The translations under genes were made by a program, and so were the position numbers. This document shows, piece by piece, positions 25,489 to 35,174 of a DNA stretch of 64,000 bases (positions are counted from its first letter, which is position 1; the number at the start of each line of letters is the position of its first letter). The stretch covers positions 10-64,009 of the forward strand of contig JBBRUX010000011.1 of assembly GCA_038247415.1 (NCBI GenBank), read 5' to 3'. Source of the stretch: Chitinivibrionales bacterium. Lineage in GTDB: Bacteria > Fibrobacterota > Chitinivibrionia > Chitinivibrionales > WJKA01. The notes beneath the pieces are model-generated. The model was given only the letters and a program-made list of their open reading frames with translations, was not told the DNA's origin and did not search any database.

Positions 25489-27381
25489 ATGTTAGAGAGA
25501 CGCCCCAAAAAAATTGGTGAAATACTGCTTGCCCAAGGCCTGATAAGCGCCGAGCAACTCAACCATGGCCTCGAAATTCACCGGCGCACCGGTGTTAGCC
25601 TTGGGACGGTTCTGGTTAAGCTTGGATTTATCAGCGACGATGATCTATCAGGTGTTCTCGGACGACAAATCCAAATTGAGCAAAAAAAGCGTATTGGAGA
25701 GGTTCTTGTTGATCAAGGACTCATTACGCAAGAACAAGTTAATGCTGCCCTCGAAGAACAAAAGCGCACTAAACTGCTTCTGGGGAAATGCCTTGTTAAG
25801 ATGGGTGCCATCACCGAAGAGAAACTTATCGATTCACTCTCAGCACAACTTGACATTCAGCATGTAGTTCTCGACAACTTTTCGTTTAACAAAAAATTAT
25901 TGTCAACGCTCCCCGAAGAGATGGTTCGCAAATACAAGGTAATTCCTCTGTTCGAAAAAAACGGTGTCCTCACCGTAGCCATGGCAGACCCAACTAACCT
26001 CCGTACCATCGATCATCTCAAATTCAAAACAGGTAAAGAAATAGATCCGGTAATTGCAACCGAGCATGAGATTATCGCTGCAATAGAAAAAAATTATTCA
26101 ACCGCTACCGAACAAATGTCGGAGCTTCTAGGCGCAACCCGCACCGAAGATCTCGAAGTGGTTAAAACCTCAGGTGAGGAAGAACAATTAACCGACGAAG
26201 AAGGTCAACAAGTTGTCAAGATTGTAAATCTCATCATCAATCAGGCAGTCTCTGAGGGTGCTTCAGATATTCATATCGAACCGCTCGAACAGAAGGTGCG
26301 CTTACGGTACCGCGTTGATGGAGAGCTCATCGAAAAACCATCGATACCATTGCAATTACGTGCTCAGATCGTATCTCGCATTAAAATCATGTCGGGTATG
26401 GACATTTCGGAACGCCGAAGACCACAAGACGGACACTTTCAGATCCGGCATCAAAACCGAGAGATAGATTTGCGCGTGTCAACATTTCCCGCCATGACCC
26501 GCAGTCGTGGGCCCAACGAAAAAATGGTTATGCGCGTTATCGACCAAGAAGGTAACCAGCTTGCAATCGACCAGATTGGAATGTCGGCACGCACTCTTAA
26601 GCAATTCGACGAAGCTATTCGAAAGCCCGATGGCATTGTTCTTGTAACCGGGCCCACAGGATCGGGAAAAAGCTCTACGCTCTATGCCTCACTACGTAAT
26701 CTTGGAGTAATTTACGGAGTAACAAAAAATATTGTTACCATGGAAGACCCGGTCGAATACGTTCTCGAAGGACTAGCCCAGGGCCAAATAAATGCCAAGG
26801 CCGGCTTTACTTTTGCAGAGGGGATGCGATCTATATTGCGTCAGGATCCCGACATTATCATGGTAGGTGAAATGCGCGATTCGGAAACATGTGGTATGGC
26901 CATTCAAGCTGCGTTAACAGGCCATTTGGTTTTTTCTACGCTTCATACTAACGATGCTGCAAGCGCCTACACCCGACTTATTGACATGGGAATTGAACCT
27001 TTTCTTATTGGGTCAACCGTTATCGGAATTATGGCTCAGCGCCTTATACGCAGAATTTGTAGCCGTTGTAAAGAAGAATACATTGCCGAACCCGAGCTCC
27101 TCGAGCAACTCGGGCTGCGTCCTGGACTTAAATTTTTTAGAGGCAAAGGATGCACCACATGCAATAACACAGGCTATAAAGGTCGTACGGGCCTCTACGA
27201 ATTCCTTATTCCCGATAGATCTGTGCAAGAAATGGTCATCAAACGGTCTTCCTCAGACGACATAAAAGCATATTGTTTACAACGTGGAGATTTCGATTCT
27301 CTGCGCCGCGATGGTCTGCGCAAAGCAGTTGAGGGATTAACCACCCTCGAGCAGGTATTGGGAGCAACGCAGAATGATTGA
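25489..27381 (+). CDS. pilB: GspE/PilB-family secretion/pilus assembly ATPase with duplicated N-terminal MshEN domain
   Basis: ASDIHIEP, GPTGSGKSST, TMEDPVE, LRQDPDIIMVGEMRD, TGHLVFSTLHTND, CxxC...CxxC zinc motif. Confidence 0.9.
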   Translation: MLERRPKKIGEILLAQGLISAEQLNHGLEIHRRTGVSLGTVLVKLGFISDDDLSGVLGRQIQIEQKKRIGEVLVDQGLITQEQVNAALEEQKRTKLLLGKCLVKMGAITEEKLIDSLSAQLDIQHVVLDNFSFNKKLLSTLPEEMVRKYKVIPLFEKNGVLTVAMADPTNLRTIDHLKFKTGKEIDPVIATEHEIIAAIEKNYSTATEQMSELLGATRTEDLEVVKTSGEEEQLTDEEGQQVVKIVNLIINQAVSEGASDIHIEPLEQKVRLRYRVDGELIEKPSIPLQLRAQIVSRIKIMSGMDISERRRPQDGHFQIRHQNREIDLRVSTFPAMTRSRGPNEKMVMRVIDQEGNQLAIDQIGMSARTLKQFDEAIRKPDGIVLVTGPTGSGKSSTLYASLRNLGVIYGVTKNIVTMEDPVEYVLEGLAQGQINAKAGFTFAEGMRSILRQDPDIIMVGEMRDSETCGMAIQAALTGHLVFSTLHTNDAASAYTRLIDMGIEPFLIGSTVIGIMAQRLIRRICSRCKEEYIAEPELLEQLGLRPGLKFFRGKGCTTCNNTGYKGRTGLYEFLIPDRSVQEMVIKRSSSDDIKAYCLQRGDFDSLRRDGLRKAVEGLTTLEQVLGATQND

Positions 27382-29674
27382 GCCTCGTGCTACTACCTCT
27401 ATTGCAGATACAATAGTTCTCAATCAGGTACAAAAAGAAGCAGTTCTTTACGACGTGGGTCCACAACTGGTTTTTGCTGGTGCTGGATCGGGAAAAACCC
27501 GTGTATTAACCGCCAAAATAGCTTTTCTTATTCGCGACAAAGGGCTTGCTCCGCATACCATATTTGCTGCAACATTCACCAATAAAGCAGCGCGCGAAAT
27601 GGCCGAGCGCATCGAGTCGTTTACAGGCATTCCCTGCAAAGGCCTCTGGATTGGAACATTTCATTCGCTCTGCGTTCGTATATTACGTCAAGAAGCACAT
27701 CATCTCGGATACACGCGATCGTTTACCATATTCGACCGGGATGACCAAACCAAATGCATCAATCGAATTCTTAAAGAGCTTGGAATCGATGAACGTACCT
27801 TACCTCCAAAACAGGCCATAGGTGCTATTTCACATTACAAGAATCGTTGCATGACACCCGAGGATGCCGATGGGACAACATCTCGCCTCTACGAAAAAGA
27901 AGTTGTTCGCGTGTATCGTGCGTATCAAGCATCACTCCTTAAATTGCAGGCCATGGATTTTGATGATCTCTTAACAAATGTTGTGTACCTCTTCAGAAAA
28001 AACCCTCTCGTACTAGCAGGATACCAGAACCTGTTTAAGTATATCCTTGTCGACGAATATCAAGATACCAATCTTACTCAATTTTATTTAGTCAAATATC
28101 TTGCAGAAGCTCATCAGGCGCTTTTTGTTGTAGGCGACGACGACCAATCGATTTATGGATGGCGCGGAGCACATATAGACAATATTCTATCGTTTGCGTC
28201 TCATTTTCCCAATACGAAAACATTCAAACTCGAAGAAAACTATCGCTCAACGCAGCCCATTCTCTCTATGGCAAATGCTGTTATAAGCCAAAACTCCAAA
28301 CGCGTTGAGAAAAATCTTTTTAGTCAACGTCAATCAAAATCGGCGGTAATTCTTAGTAGATTCCGTGACGACCGCCAGGAATCGGAACATATCGCAACAA
28401 CCATTGCCGAGCAAATCAAGGCAGGAATATCTCCCGGAGATATTTGCGTATTGTTTCGCACCAATGCTCAATCTCGTCTTTTCGAAGATACGCTCCGTAA
28501 ACAGAAAATCCCCTACATTCTCGTAGGAGGCATGAGTTTTTACGACCGAAAAGAAATTAAAGACTGCATAGCATACCTGCGCCTTTTAAGCAATCCTGCC
28601 GATGACATTAGCTTCGAACGCATCATGAACGTGCCGGCGCGGGGCTTGGGAGACAAAGCTCTTGAAACGCTTTTAGTATGTGCCACTGAAAAACGTCAAT
28701 CGCTTCTAGCATGCGTACTCAGTGGAGAACCAGAAAAAACTGGTGGCCGTTCGGCAAAGGGATTTGCGCAGCTCAAAGAACTCTTTACATCTCTTGTTGC
28801 ATCATTTGAAAAAAATGTTTCTCCCAAGACACTGCTCGAGGAGCTTTTGACGTTATCTGGCTATACCGAAATGCTCGAAGGAGAAGATTCCGAAGATGCC
28901 GAATCTCGCCTGGATAACCTTAACGAATTACTGAGAACCATCACCTTTTGGTGCAACGACAACCCCGACATTCCACTCGATACGTTTCTCGAAGAAATAT
29001 CCCTCGTTTCGGATATTGACACATGGGAGCAGAAGGATAGTGCGGTCAACCTAATGACCATGCACTGTGCCAAAGGACTCGAATTCAAAACTGTTTTTCT
29101 TGTTGGCATAGAAGACGGTATTCTTCCCTCGAAACTTAATTTCGAAGACGAAGACAAAATGGAAGAAGAACGACGGCTCTTGTATGTTGGAATCACGAGA
29201 TCTATTGACACATTACGTATTTCTTATTGCGAGCAACGGTGGCGCTTTGGGACGGTAGTCCCCATGGATATGTCCCGATTTCTCATGAGTATCGATGCTG
29301 GCCTCTATCATCAGAACGATCATACCTCGCGTGCACAATTCTCCTTTTCGTTCATCGACGATGAAAAGAAACAGCCTGCAGCAAAAGGGGCGTATACACA
29401 AAATTACCAACGGGATACAACGTATCGATCCAGTAACCAAACCACAGCGAGATCAACTACGCCACCACCCCGGCCATCAAAAGACGATTTCGATGAATTT
29501 AACCAAGACATCGTCAGCTATCGCATGGGTCAATACGTTTCGCACAAGCTCTATGGCAAAGGCAAAATAGTAGCTATTTCTGGTATCGGCAAAGAAATGC
29601 GTCTTACCGTTTTATTTAACAACGGAGAGAGAAAAAAGCTTATCGCTGCATTCGCAAATTTGACGTGTCTTTGA
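27374..29674 (+). CDS. pcrA: ATP-dependent DNA helicase UvrD/PcrA
   Basis: AGAGSGKT, TFTNKAAREM, LVDEYQDTN, VGDDDQSIYGWRGA, LEENYRS, MTMHCAKGLEF, EERRLLYVGITR; C-terminal Tudor-like domain. Confidence 0.95.
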   Translation: MIEPRATTSIADTIVLNQVQKEAVLYDVGPQLVFAGAGSGKTRVLTAKIAFLIRDKGLAPHTIFAATFTNKAAREMAERIESFTGIPCKGLWIGTFHSLCVRILRQEAHHLGYTRSFTIFDRDDQTKCINRILKELGIDERTLPPKQAIGAISHYKNRCMTPEDADGTTSRLYEKEVVRVYRAYQASLLKLQAMDFDDLLTNVVYLFRKNPLVLAGYQNLFKYILVDEYQDTNLTQFYLVKYLAEAHQALFVVGDDDQSIYGWRGAHIDNILSFASHFPNTKTFKLEENYRSTQPILSMANAVISQNSKRVEKNLFSQRQSKSAVILSRFRDDRQESEHIATTIAEQIKAGISPGDICVLFRTNAQSRLFEDTLRKQKIPYILVGGMSFYDRKEIKDCIAYLRLLSNPADDISFERIMNVPARGLGDKALETLLVCATEKRQSLLACVLSGEPEKTGGRSAKGFAQLKELFTSLVASFEKNVSPKTLLEELLTLSGYTEMLEGEDSEDAESRLDNLNELLRTITFWCNDNPDIPLDTFLEEISLVSDIDTWEQKDSAVNLMTMHCAKGLEFKTVFLVGIEDGILPSKLNFEDEDKMEEERRLLYVGITRSIDTLRISYCEQRWRFGTVVPMDMSRFLMSIDAGLYHQNDHTSRAQFSFSFIDDEKKQPAAKGAYTQNYQRDTTYRSSNQTTARSTTPPPRPSKDDFDEFNQDIVSYRMGQYVSHKLYGKGKIVAISGIGKEMRLTVLFNNGERKKLIAAFANLTCL

Positions 29675-29808
29675 GTATGTTGCTTACCATTTCTAACCGG
29701 CAAGACTGTACGAGAGGGCATTAATCCGATTCCAAGCTACTCACCAGATCCTAGCCATTTCTCAACTGTACACATTCACTTTTTTATAGATAAGCTCTAC
29801 TACTATTC

Positions 29809-31677
29809 ATGTCCCAACTCAGTCTTCATAACTTAACGATAGCCTTTGGTGGACAGCCGCTCCTTGATGGCATTTCTCTTGACATCCAGAAATCACAAAG
29901 AATTTGCATTCTTGGACGCAATGGGGTTGGCAAATCAACCCTCATGAAAATCATCGCAGGGCACCAGAACGCCGATAGTGGTGACATAATCAAAGGCAGT
30001 GCACTCTCTATTGCCTACCTACCGCAAGATGTACCCTCGGACATTTGTGGCTCGCTCTTTGAGGTTGTTGCCTCGGGAGCAGGTGAATCAGGGATAAATC
30101 TTGCGAAATGGCATAAGCTTTCTTTAGAGCCGCACGACGACAAAGATCTCGCAGCATTACAACATCAGCTCGACGAAAACAATGGCTGGCAGATAGAAAC
30201 CATGGTCACCCGCGTACTGGATCAAGTTCAGCTTGATGCCAATGCCGATTTCGCATCTCTTTCGGGTGGAATGCGCAGACGAGCTCTGCTTGCACGAGCC
30301 CTAGTATGCAATCCCGAAATACTCCTTCTCGATGAACCAACGAACCATCTCGATATCGAATCTATTCGATGGCTCGAATCGTTTCTTCTCAATTCTCGGC
30401 TTACCGTTATTTTTGTTACCCATGATCGACGATTTCTTAAAAAACTTGCAACGCGTATTATCGAACTCGACCGGGGACACTTATACGATTGGTCGTGCAA
30501 CTACGAAACATTTCTTGTTCGTAAACAAGCTGTTCTCGATGCCGAAGAAAAAGATTGGAATCGCTTCGATAAAAAAATGGCTCAAGAAGAAGTCTGGATT
30601 CGCAAAGGTGTGCAAGCCCGACGCACCCGTAATGAAGGGCGCGTGCGAGCGCTTCTTCGCATGCGTAGCGAACGCGCAAAGCGCCGGGAAAAAAGTGGCG
30701 GTGTTGCCATGGCCATAAGCGCGGCAGAGCGTTCGGGTGATCGAGTTCTGGTTGCGAAGGATGTTACCTTTTCCTATGATGTGATCCCTATTATTTCTCA
30801 ATTGACTACAACCATTATTCGAGGCGATCGCATTGGCATTATTGGTCCAAATGGATGCGGAAAAACAACGCTGCTCAATCTTTTACTCGATAAGCTTGCT
30901 CCAACATCGGGAACCATAGTACCTGGTGTCAACCTTAAAGTTGTTTACTTTGATCAACTGAGGTCCATGCTCGATCTGCAAAAAACCGTGTGGGAAAATG
31001 TTGCACCCGATGGCGCAGACACTGTTTTTATTAATGGGCAGCCTCGCCACATAATATCATACCTGCAAGATTTTCTCTTTACTTCCGATCGTGCACGTTC
31101 GCCTGTTTCCCAACTCTCAGGCGGCGAACGCAATCGTATCATGTTGGCCAGATTATTTACTCAGCCCGCAAATGTTCTTGTCTTTGATGAACCCACCAAT
31201 GACCTTGACGCAGAAACCCTTGAACTTCTCGAAGAACTGCTCATGGACTACCCAGGAACAATTTTGGTGGTAAGCCACGATAGAGAATTTCTAAATAATG
31301 TGGTAACTGCCACACTGGCATTCGAACCCAATGGTGTTGTAAAGGAATATATCGGCGGATTTGATGATTGGGAACGGCAATCGCTGCAACAGCAAAAACC
31401 TACTTCCGAGAATTCAAAAAAGAAAGAGCAGATGCCTTCTCAAGCATCCCCACTAAAAAAGCTTTCTTTTAAAGAAAAGCAAGAGCTTGAAAAACTTCCT
31501 CATCAGATCGAGGATAAAGAGCGTATTCATGGAGAACTCGTTGTGGAACTTTCCATTCCTACCAACTTTCAAAAAGATGGCTTTGCAAAAGATAATGGCA
31601 AAAAAATTGTTTCGTTAGAAGCCGAATTAAAAAAAGATTATGCACGCTGGGAAGAACTCGAGAGCAAGAGTAAATAA
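29809..31677 (+). CDS. uup: ABC-F family ATPase Uup
   Basis: Two ABC domains (GRNGVGKST/LSGG/DEPTNHLD and GPNGCGKT/LSGGE/DEPTNDLD), EEVWIRKGVQARRTRNEGRVRAL linker, KLSFKE...YARWEELE C-terminus. Confidence 0.93.
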   Translation: MSQLSLHNLTIAFGGQPLLDGISLDIQKSQRICILGRNGVGKSTLMKIIAGHQNADSGDIIKGSALSIAYLPQDVPSDICGSLFEVVASGAGESGINLAKWHKLSLEPHDDKDLAALQHQLDENNGWQIETMVTRVLDQVQLDANADFASLSGGMRRRALLARALVCNPEILLLDEPTNHLDIESIRWLESFLLNSRLTVIFVTHDRRFLKKLATRIIELDRGHLYDWSCNYETFLVRKQAVLDAEEKDWNRFDKKMAQEEVWIRKGVQARRTRNEGRVRALLRMRSERAKRREKSGGVAMAISAAERSGDRVLVAKDVTFSYDVIPIISQLTTTIIRGDRIGIIGPNGCGKTTLLNLLLDKLAPTSGTIVPGVNLKVVYFDQLRSMLDLQKTVWENVAPDGADTVFINGQPRHIISYLQDFLFTSDRARSPVSQLSGGERNRIMLARLFTQPANVLVFDEPTNDLDAETLELLEELLMDYPGTILVVSHDREFLNNVVTATLAFEPNGVVKEYIGGFDDWERQSLQQQKPTSENSKKKEQMPSQASPLKKLSFKEKQELEKLPHQIEDKERIHGELVVELSIPTNFQKDGFAKDNGKKIVSLEAELKKDYARWEELESKSK

Positions 31678-31775
31678 GTTTGTAAACCCTTTCAAATACG
31701 TTGCAAGCAAATGGTATTTTGGTTGTAGTGCCAAATACCCGCATATCGACAAATAAAAAGTAGAAATTCTAATCT

Positions 31776-32774
31776 ATGGTTCACCAAGCCCTTAGCATAC
31801 AATCAACTCGCGCTGCAACAACCCTCGAATGGGCAACTGCTGCCAAGGGCTGCGAGTATGCTACTTTTTTTCATACTCCAGAATGGGCTTTGGTTGTTGA
31901 ATCCGCAGGCTGGAGAAACAGTACATCAGCGCCCCTCTACGTAGAATTTTCCGATACAACCTGGGCGGTTATCCCCCGCTGCATCCAATACCGTTTCGGC
32001 ATTTTCCCTCTTGTCTACTCATCAGCAACAGCCAACTACGGTGGATGGATAAGCCCCTGTGCGCTCACCCTTGATCATGCAAAACTGCTCAGAGATACGC
32101 TCTGTTCCTCTCGTCATCTCATTTGGCGCTTAAATCCCTACGACTCACTTGCTATTGTGTGCGCACCGCCCCGTACCATGCCTGATTTCACCTATACTTT
32201 TAATTTACAAAAAGGCGCAACCGATCTTTTTAAAAACGCTTCACACGGACACCGTCAAGCTGTCAAGAAAGCAATTCGACGTGGAGTTTCGATACGCGTC
32301 GGCGGGTTGCAGGCAGATTGGGATGCTCATTTTTTGGGATATCAGAGTCTTATTTCAAAGTGGAAAAAATCGGGACTCAACACACGGGTTCAATACAATC
32401 GGCAATTTTTTTCTGCCATAGCCAAACTGGATTCTTCGGTCGTTCGACTGTGGGTTGCAGAAGCAGAAGGAGAAATTATTGCAAGCTGGATTTGCTTCTA
32501 CTGGAACAAGCACATTGCACATTGGCACAGTGGCGGCTTCGAAAAGCACTTCAATAAATACCCAAATAACCTTCTCTTCGATACTATAACACGTGATGCT
32601 TGCGAGCGAGGATTTACCTGGTTTGATATGAACCCAAGCGGTGGATTTAATGGAACAGCTCAATTCAAGCTTAACTTTGGCGCACTCGCAATGCCTGCAC
32701 CTATCGTTGCTCAAAGGTCATACGCTCGGAAATGTGCTCATTTTGTAGTACATTTGATGCGCAAAAAAACCTAA
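31776..32774 (+). CDS. GNAT/FemAB-like acyltransferase (CelD/BcsL-like)
   Basis: ATFFHTPEW, YGGWIS, AVKKAIRRGV, PNNLLF, GFTWFDMNPSGG...FKLNFGA. Confidence 0.8.
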   Translation: MVHQALSIQSTRAATTLEWATAAKGCEYATFFHTPEWALVVESAGWRNSTSAPLYVEFSDTTWAVIPRCIQYRFGIFPLVYSSATANYGGWISPCALTLDHAKLLRDTLCSSRHLIWRLNPYDSLAIVCAPPRTMPDFTYTFNLQKGATDLFKNASHGHRQAVKKAIRRGVSIRVGGLQADWDAHFLGYQSLISKWKKSGLNTRVQYNRQFFSAIAKLDSSVVRLWVAEAEGEIIASWICFYWNKHIAHWHSGGFEKHFNKYPNNLLFDTITRDACERGFTWFDMNPSGGFNGTAQFKLNFGALAMPAPIVAQRSYARKCAHFVVHLMRKKT

Positions 32775-32783
32775 CACCACTTT

Positions 32784-33503
32784 TCAGTGGTTCGTTTTTT
32801 TTGTGCCAACTGCACAATACGCCCACGTCCAGACAGAAGATTTTTTCTCTCCTTTACTGAGGAAAAAGGTACCGAACTCAATTCCTATAATGATAGCGGG
32901 AATAATTGGAACCTTTTTTAAAATACCCTTATTAAAACCACTTATGTAATTAATGCACAGCGATCCCAGAGTTATCCAAAATCCTGATAAGGGTACAATT
33001 TCTTGAACATCAAACCCATTCGACTCGAATAAATAGTTTAGTCCGTGCTCGGTATATCGATAAAAATCGCGCGGTAAATCATGCAATTGCCAAAATAATG
33101 GCGCGGTTAAAATAAGAAGCCCATCCGGCGCCATAATACGATGCGCCTCCTGTAACGCACGAGCGGGGTCTTCTAAATGTTCTAGCACTGCCCCCATAAA
33201 AACAGTATTCACCGAATCACTTTTAAGAGCTGTATGATAAGCACTTCCGTAAACATCTGCAGCATCATCCGTATGAAAGGGACTGGGATATTCTAAACCA
33301 ATATGCTTGTCAAAATAGCATGCTATCAAATCTCGATACGGTTTTCCCCCGCACCCGATGTCAACCAGTCTCGCCCTTTTACTTCTAATGTAAGTGCTAA
33401 ATACCACTTTAAATTTTTGAAGCGTAATATAATGCACAACCCACGTTGAATAATGCCACTTTCTCATGACGTACCAAAAACCAAATTTCATACGAGCTCC
33501 CAC
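32784..33503 (-). CDS. Class I SAM-dependent methyltransferase
   Basis: LVDIGCGGKPY, VLEHLEDP, LHDLPRDFYRYT. Confidence 0.88.
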   Translation of the reverse strand: MGARMKFGFWYVMRKWHYSTWVVHYITLQKFKVVFSTYIRSKRARLVDIGCGGKPYRDLIACYFDKHIGLEYPSPFHTDDAADVYGSAYHTALKSDSVNTVFMGAVLEHLEDPARALQEAHRIMAPDGLLILTAPLFWQLHDLPRDFYRYTEHGLNYLFESNGFDVQEIVPLSGFWITLGSLCINYISGFNKGILKKVPIIPAIIIGIEFGTFFLSKGEKKSSVWTWAYCAVGTKKTNH

Positions 33504-33532
33504 TTTACTTTCGTTTTAAAATTTGATGCTAG

Positions 33533-33567
33533 CTTCGTGCCCCACGGGCCCTGAGGCACTCGAAGAG
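33533..33567. repeat. Degenerate REP-like palindrome
   Basis: CTTCG-TGCC...GGGCCCTGAGGCACTCGAAG resembles the CCCTGAG...TCGAAGGG extragenic palindromes recalled from FCB-group genomes. Single copy here. Confidence 0.4.
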
Positions 33568-33691
33568 TCCGTGTTCAATTGTTTTATCATTTTCTTCAAA
33601 ACAATTGTCTGATCTCTGACGGTACTCTCATAAAAGTAAATTACTAAATGCATCCTCATATGAAAAGGCTTTTTCTTCCCAGTCTTAAAAA

Positions 33692-33724
33692 TCCCCCCAA
33701 AGTTTGGGGGGACACAGGGGGGTT
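33692..33724. repeat. G/C-run palindromic element (REP-like)
   Basis: TCCCCCCAAA-G-TTTGGGGGGA perfect inverted repeat followed by CACAGGGGGGTT. Confidence 0.55.
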
Positions 33725-33894
33725 GGGCTTTCAAGGAAGGCATTTTCCAAATTGGATATAAAGGGCCACCTGGCTCTTTCCAACTCTTCATCGTGTGCAT
33801 GATTTATCCTTGTATCTTCCTACTTGACATCCATTAATTCGGAACAGCAAATTATCTTATTGCTTTAGTCTGAGAAGGCTCATGCAACTCAATT

Positions 33895-34728
33895 TCATCC
33901 CTTTCCTAATCGCTTCCCAGTAAGCTGCAGTGGCAAATTATTCTCACTCGTCACTCTGCTTCGTCCTAACTCTTTTTCTGTTTCTTTGCGGGCAACGCCA
34001 GCTACACGGCCACCGCGCTTAGCAACAACTCTATTTTTTACGAATGATTCGGGCTTTTCAATTTGCGAAATTTCGGTTGTTACTCGTTCACCAAGCATAG
34101 TGAATATCAATTCGAGATCGGTCATATGATCACGCACGTTCTGAGTTTTCTTCGTTAAGCCTTTGACGTTTTTATATTCCGAAGGTGTTAATCCGAACGT
34201 TGCCTTTGAGATTTCTGCAGTGAGTATGGCGTAATCAATTTCACTCCGAATGCCACGTTCTTTCCATTCACCAGTCAAATTCTGGCGGATGGCGACGCCA
34301 CGCAGGCGTTTATCGATCCAGTCTTTGGGGTACCCCTTGAGCTCATACAACTCTTTCATTCGCTCCTGAGCGATTTCCGGATTTTCAATTTCCTGGACAC
34401 GCTCAAAACCAACCTGAGCAAGCCATCGTTTGAATGGTTCGGCTTGTGGCGAGGGAATTGATTGAATGATACGAAACATGGCTTTGGTGTCAGCGCAATC
34501 CGTGGCGTATTTTTTTCCATCCACTGCCTCTAATTTCAGTTGTACCCAAATTGGGGACGACTGAAGATCAATAAATTCGCGCTGTTTGATTTTACCCCAA
34601 TATTGACGAGGTGTAGGCGAATTGGTTAAGGCTTCAACGATGTCCACTACCGAAAAAAACCAATTTTCATCGTGCCATATATGCCTTATTTTCTTACTTT
34701 CAAATACAACAATTTTATTTTCTTCCAT
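33895..34728 (-). CDS. Bro-N domain protein (phage antirepressor-like)
   Basis: WFFSVVDIVEALT, PRQYW, LKLEAVDGKKYATD, RIIQSIPSPQAEPFKRWLA, LT.EWKERG, RDHMTDLELIF. Confidence 0.9.
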   Translation of the reverse strand: MEENKIVVFESKKIRHIWHDENWFFSVVDIVEALTNSPTPRQYWGKIKQREFIDLQSSPIWVQLKLEAVDGKKYATDCADTKAMFRIIQSIPSPQAEPFKRWLAQVGFERVQEIENPEIAQERMKELYELKGYPKDWIDKRLRGVAIRQNLTGEWKERGIRSEIDYAILTAEISKATFGLTPSEYKNVKGLTKKTQNVRDHMTDLELIFTMLGERVTTEISQIEKPESFVKNRVVAKRGGRVAGVARKETEKELGRSRVTSENNLPLQLTGKRLGKG

Positions 34729-34772
34729 GTTTTACCTAGTTTAATTTAAAAATTTTAAAGAGGCCAAAACTA

Positions 34773-35153
34773 TTATGTTGGACAAAAAGCAACACACTCG
34801 ATTTCGATGCGGGCATCAAGCGGAAGCTTTGCAACTTGCACCGTGGAACGTGCGGGAAGATGCGCACCAAACGCCTCTGCATACAGCTCATTGACTTTTG
34901 CAAAATCTGCAAGATCTGCCAGAAAAATGGTGGTTTTTACCACAGACGACAGGGTGCACCCGGAGGCTAGCAAAACTGCCTCAAGGTTTTTAAGCACTTG
35001 CTGTGCTTGAGGGATAGTTTCGGGACCCACAAGTTTTCCTGTTGCAGGATCGATACCTAGTTGACCCGACGAATACACGTATGATCCGGCCTTAACAGCC
35101 TGAGAATATGGGCCAATTGCTTTGGGGGCATTTTCTGTGGCAATAAATTCCAT
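34773..35153 (-). CDS. ridA: RidA/YjgF family enamine deaminase
   Basis: APKAIGPYSQAV, SGQLG, VVKTTIFL, PARSTVQVAKLP, IEIE. Confidence 0.93.
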   Translation of the reverse strand: MEFIATENAPKAIGPYSQAVKAGSYVYSSGQLGIDPATGKLVGPETIPQAQQVLKNLEAVLLASGCTLSSVVKTTIFLADLADFAKVNELYAEAFGAHLPARSTVQVAKLPLDARIEIECVAFCPT

Positions 35154-35174
35154 GAGTATTCCTTTGAATAAAAA

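Noticed and set aside
33516-33800. 94-aa minus-strand ORF, or a RAYT relic (HDEELERARW in another frame)
   Set aside because: The ORF runs through palindromic repeats and shows no family motif; the RAYT resemblance is too short to support.
33895-34728. Prophage suggested by the Bro-N gene
   Set aside because: No integrase, structural or replication phage genes nearby; flanks are ordinary genes.
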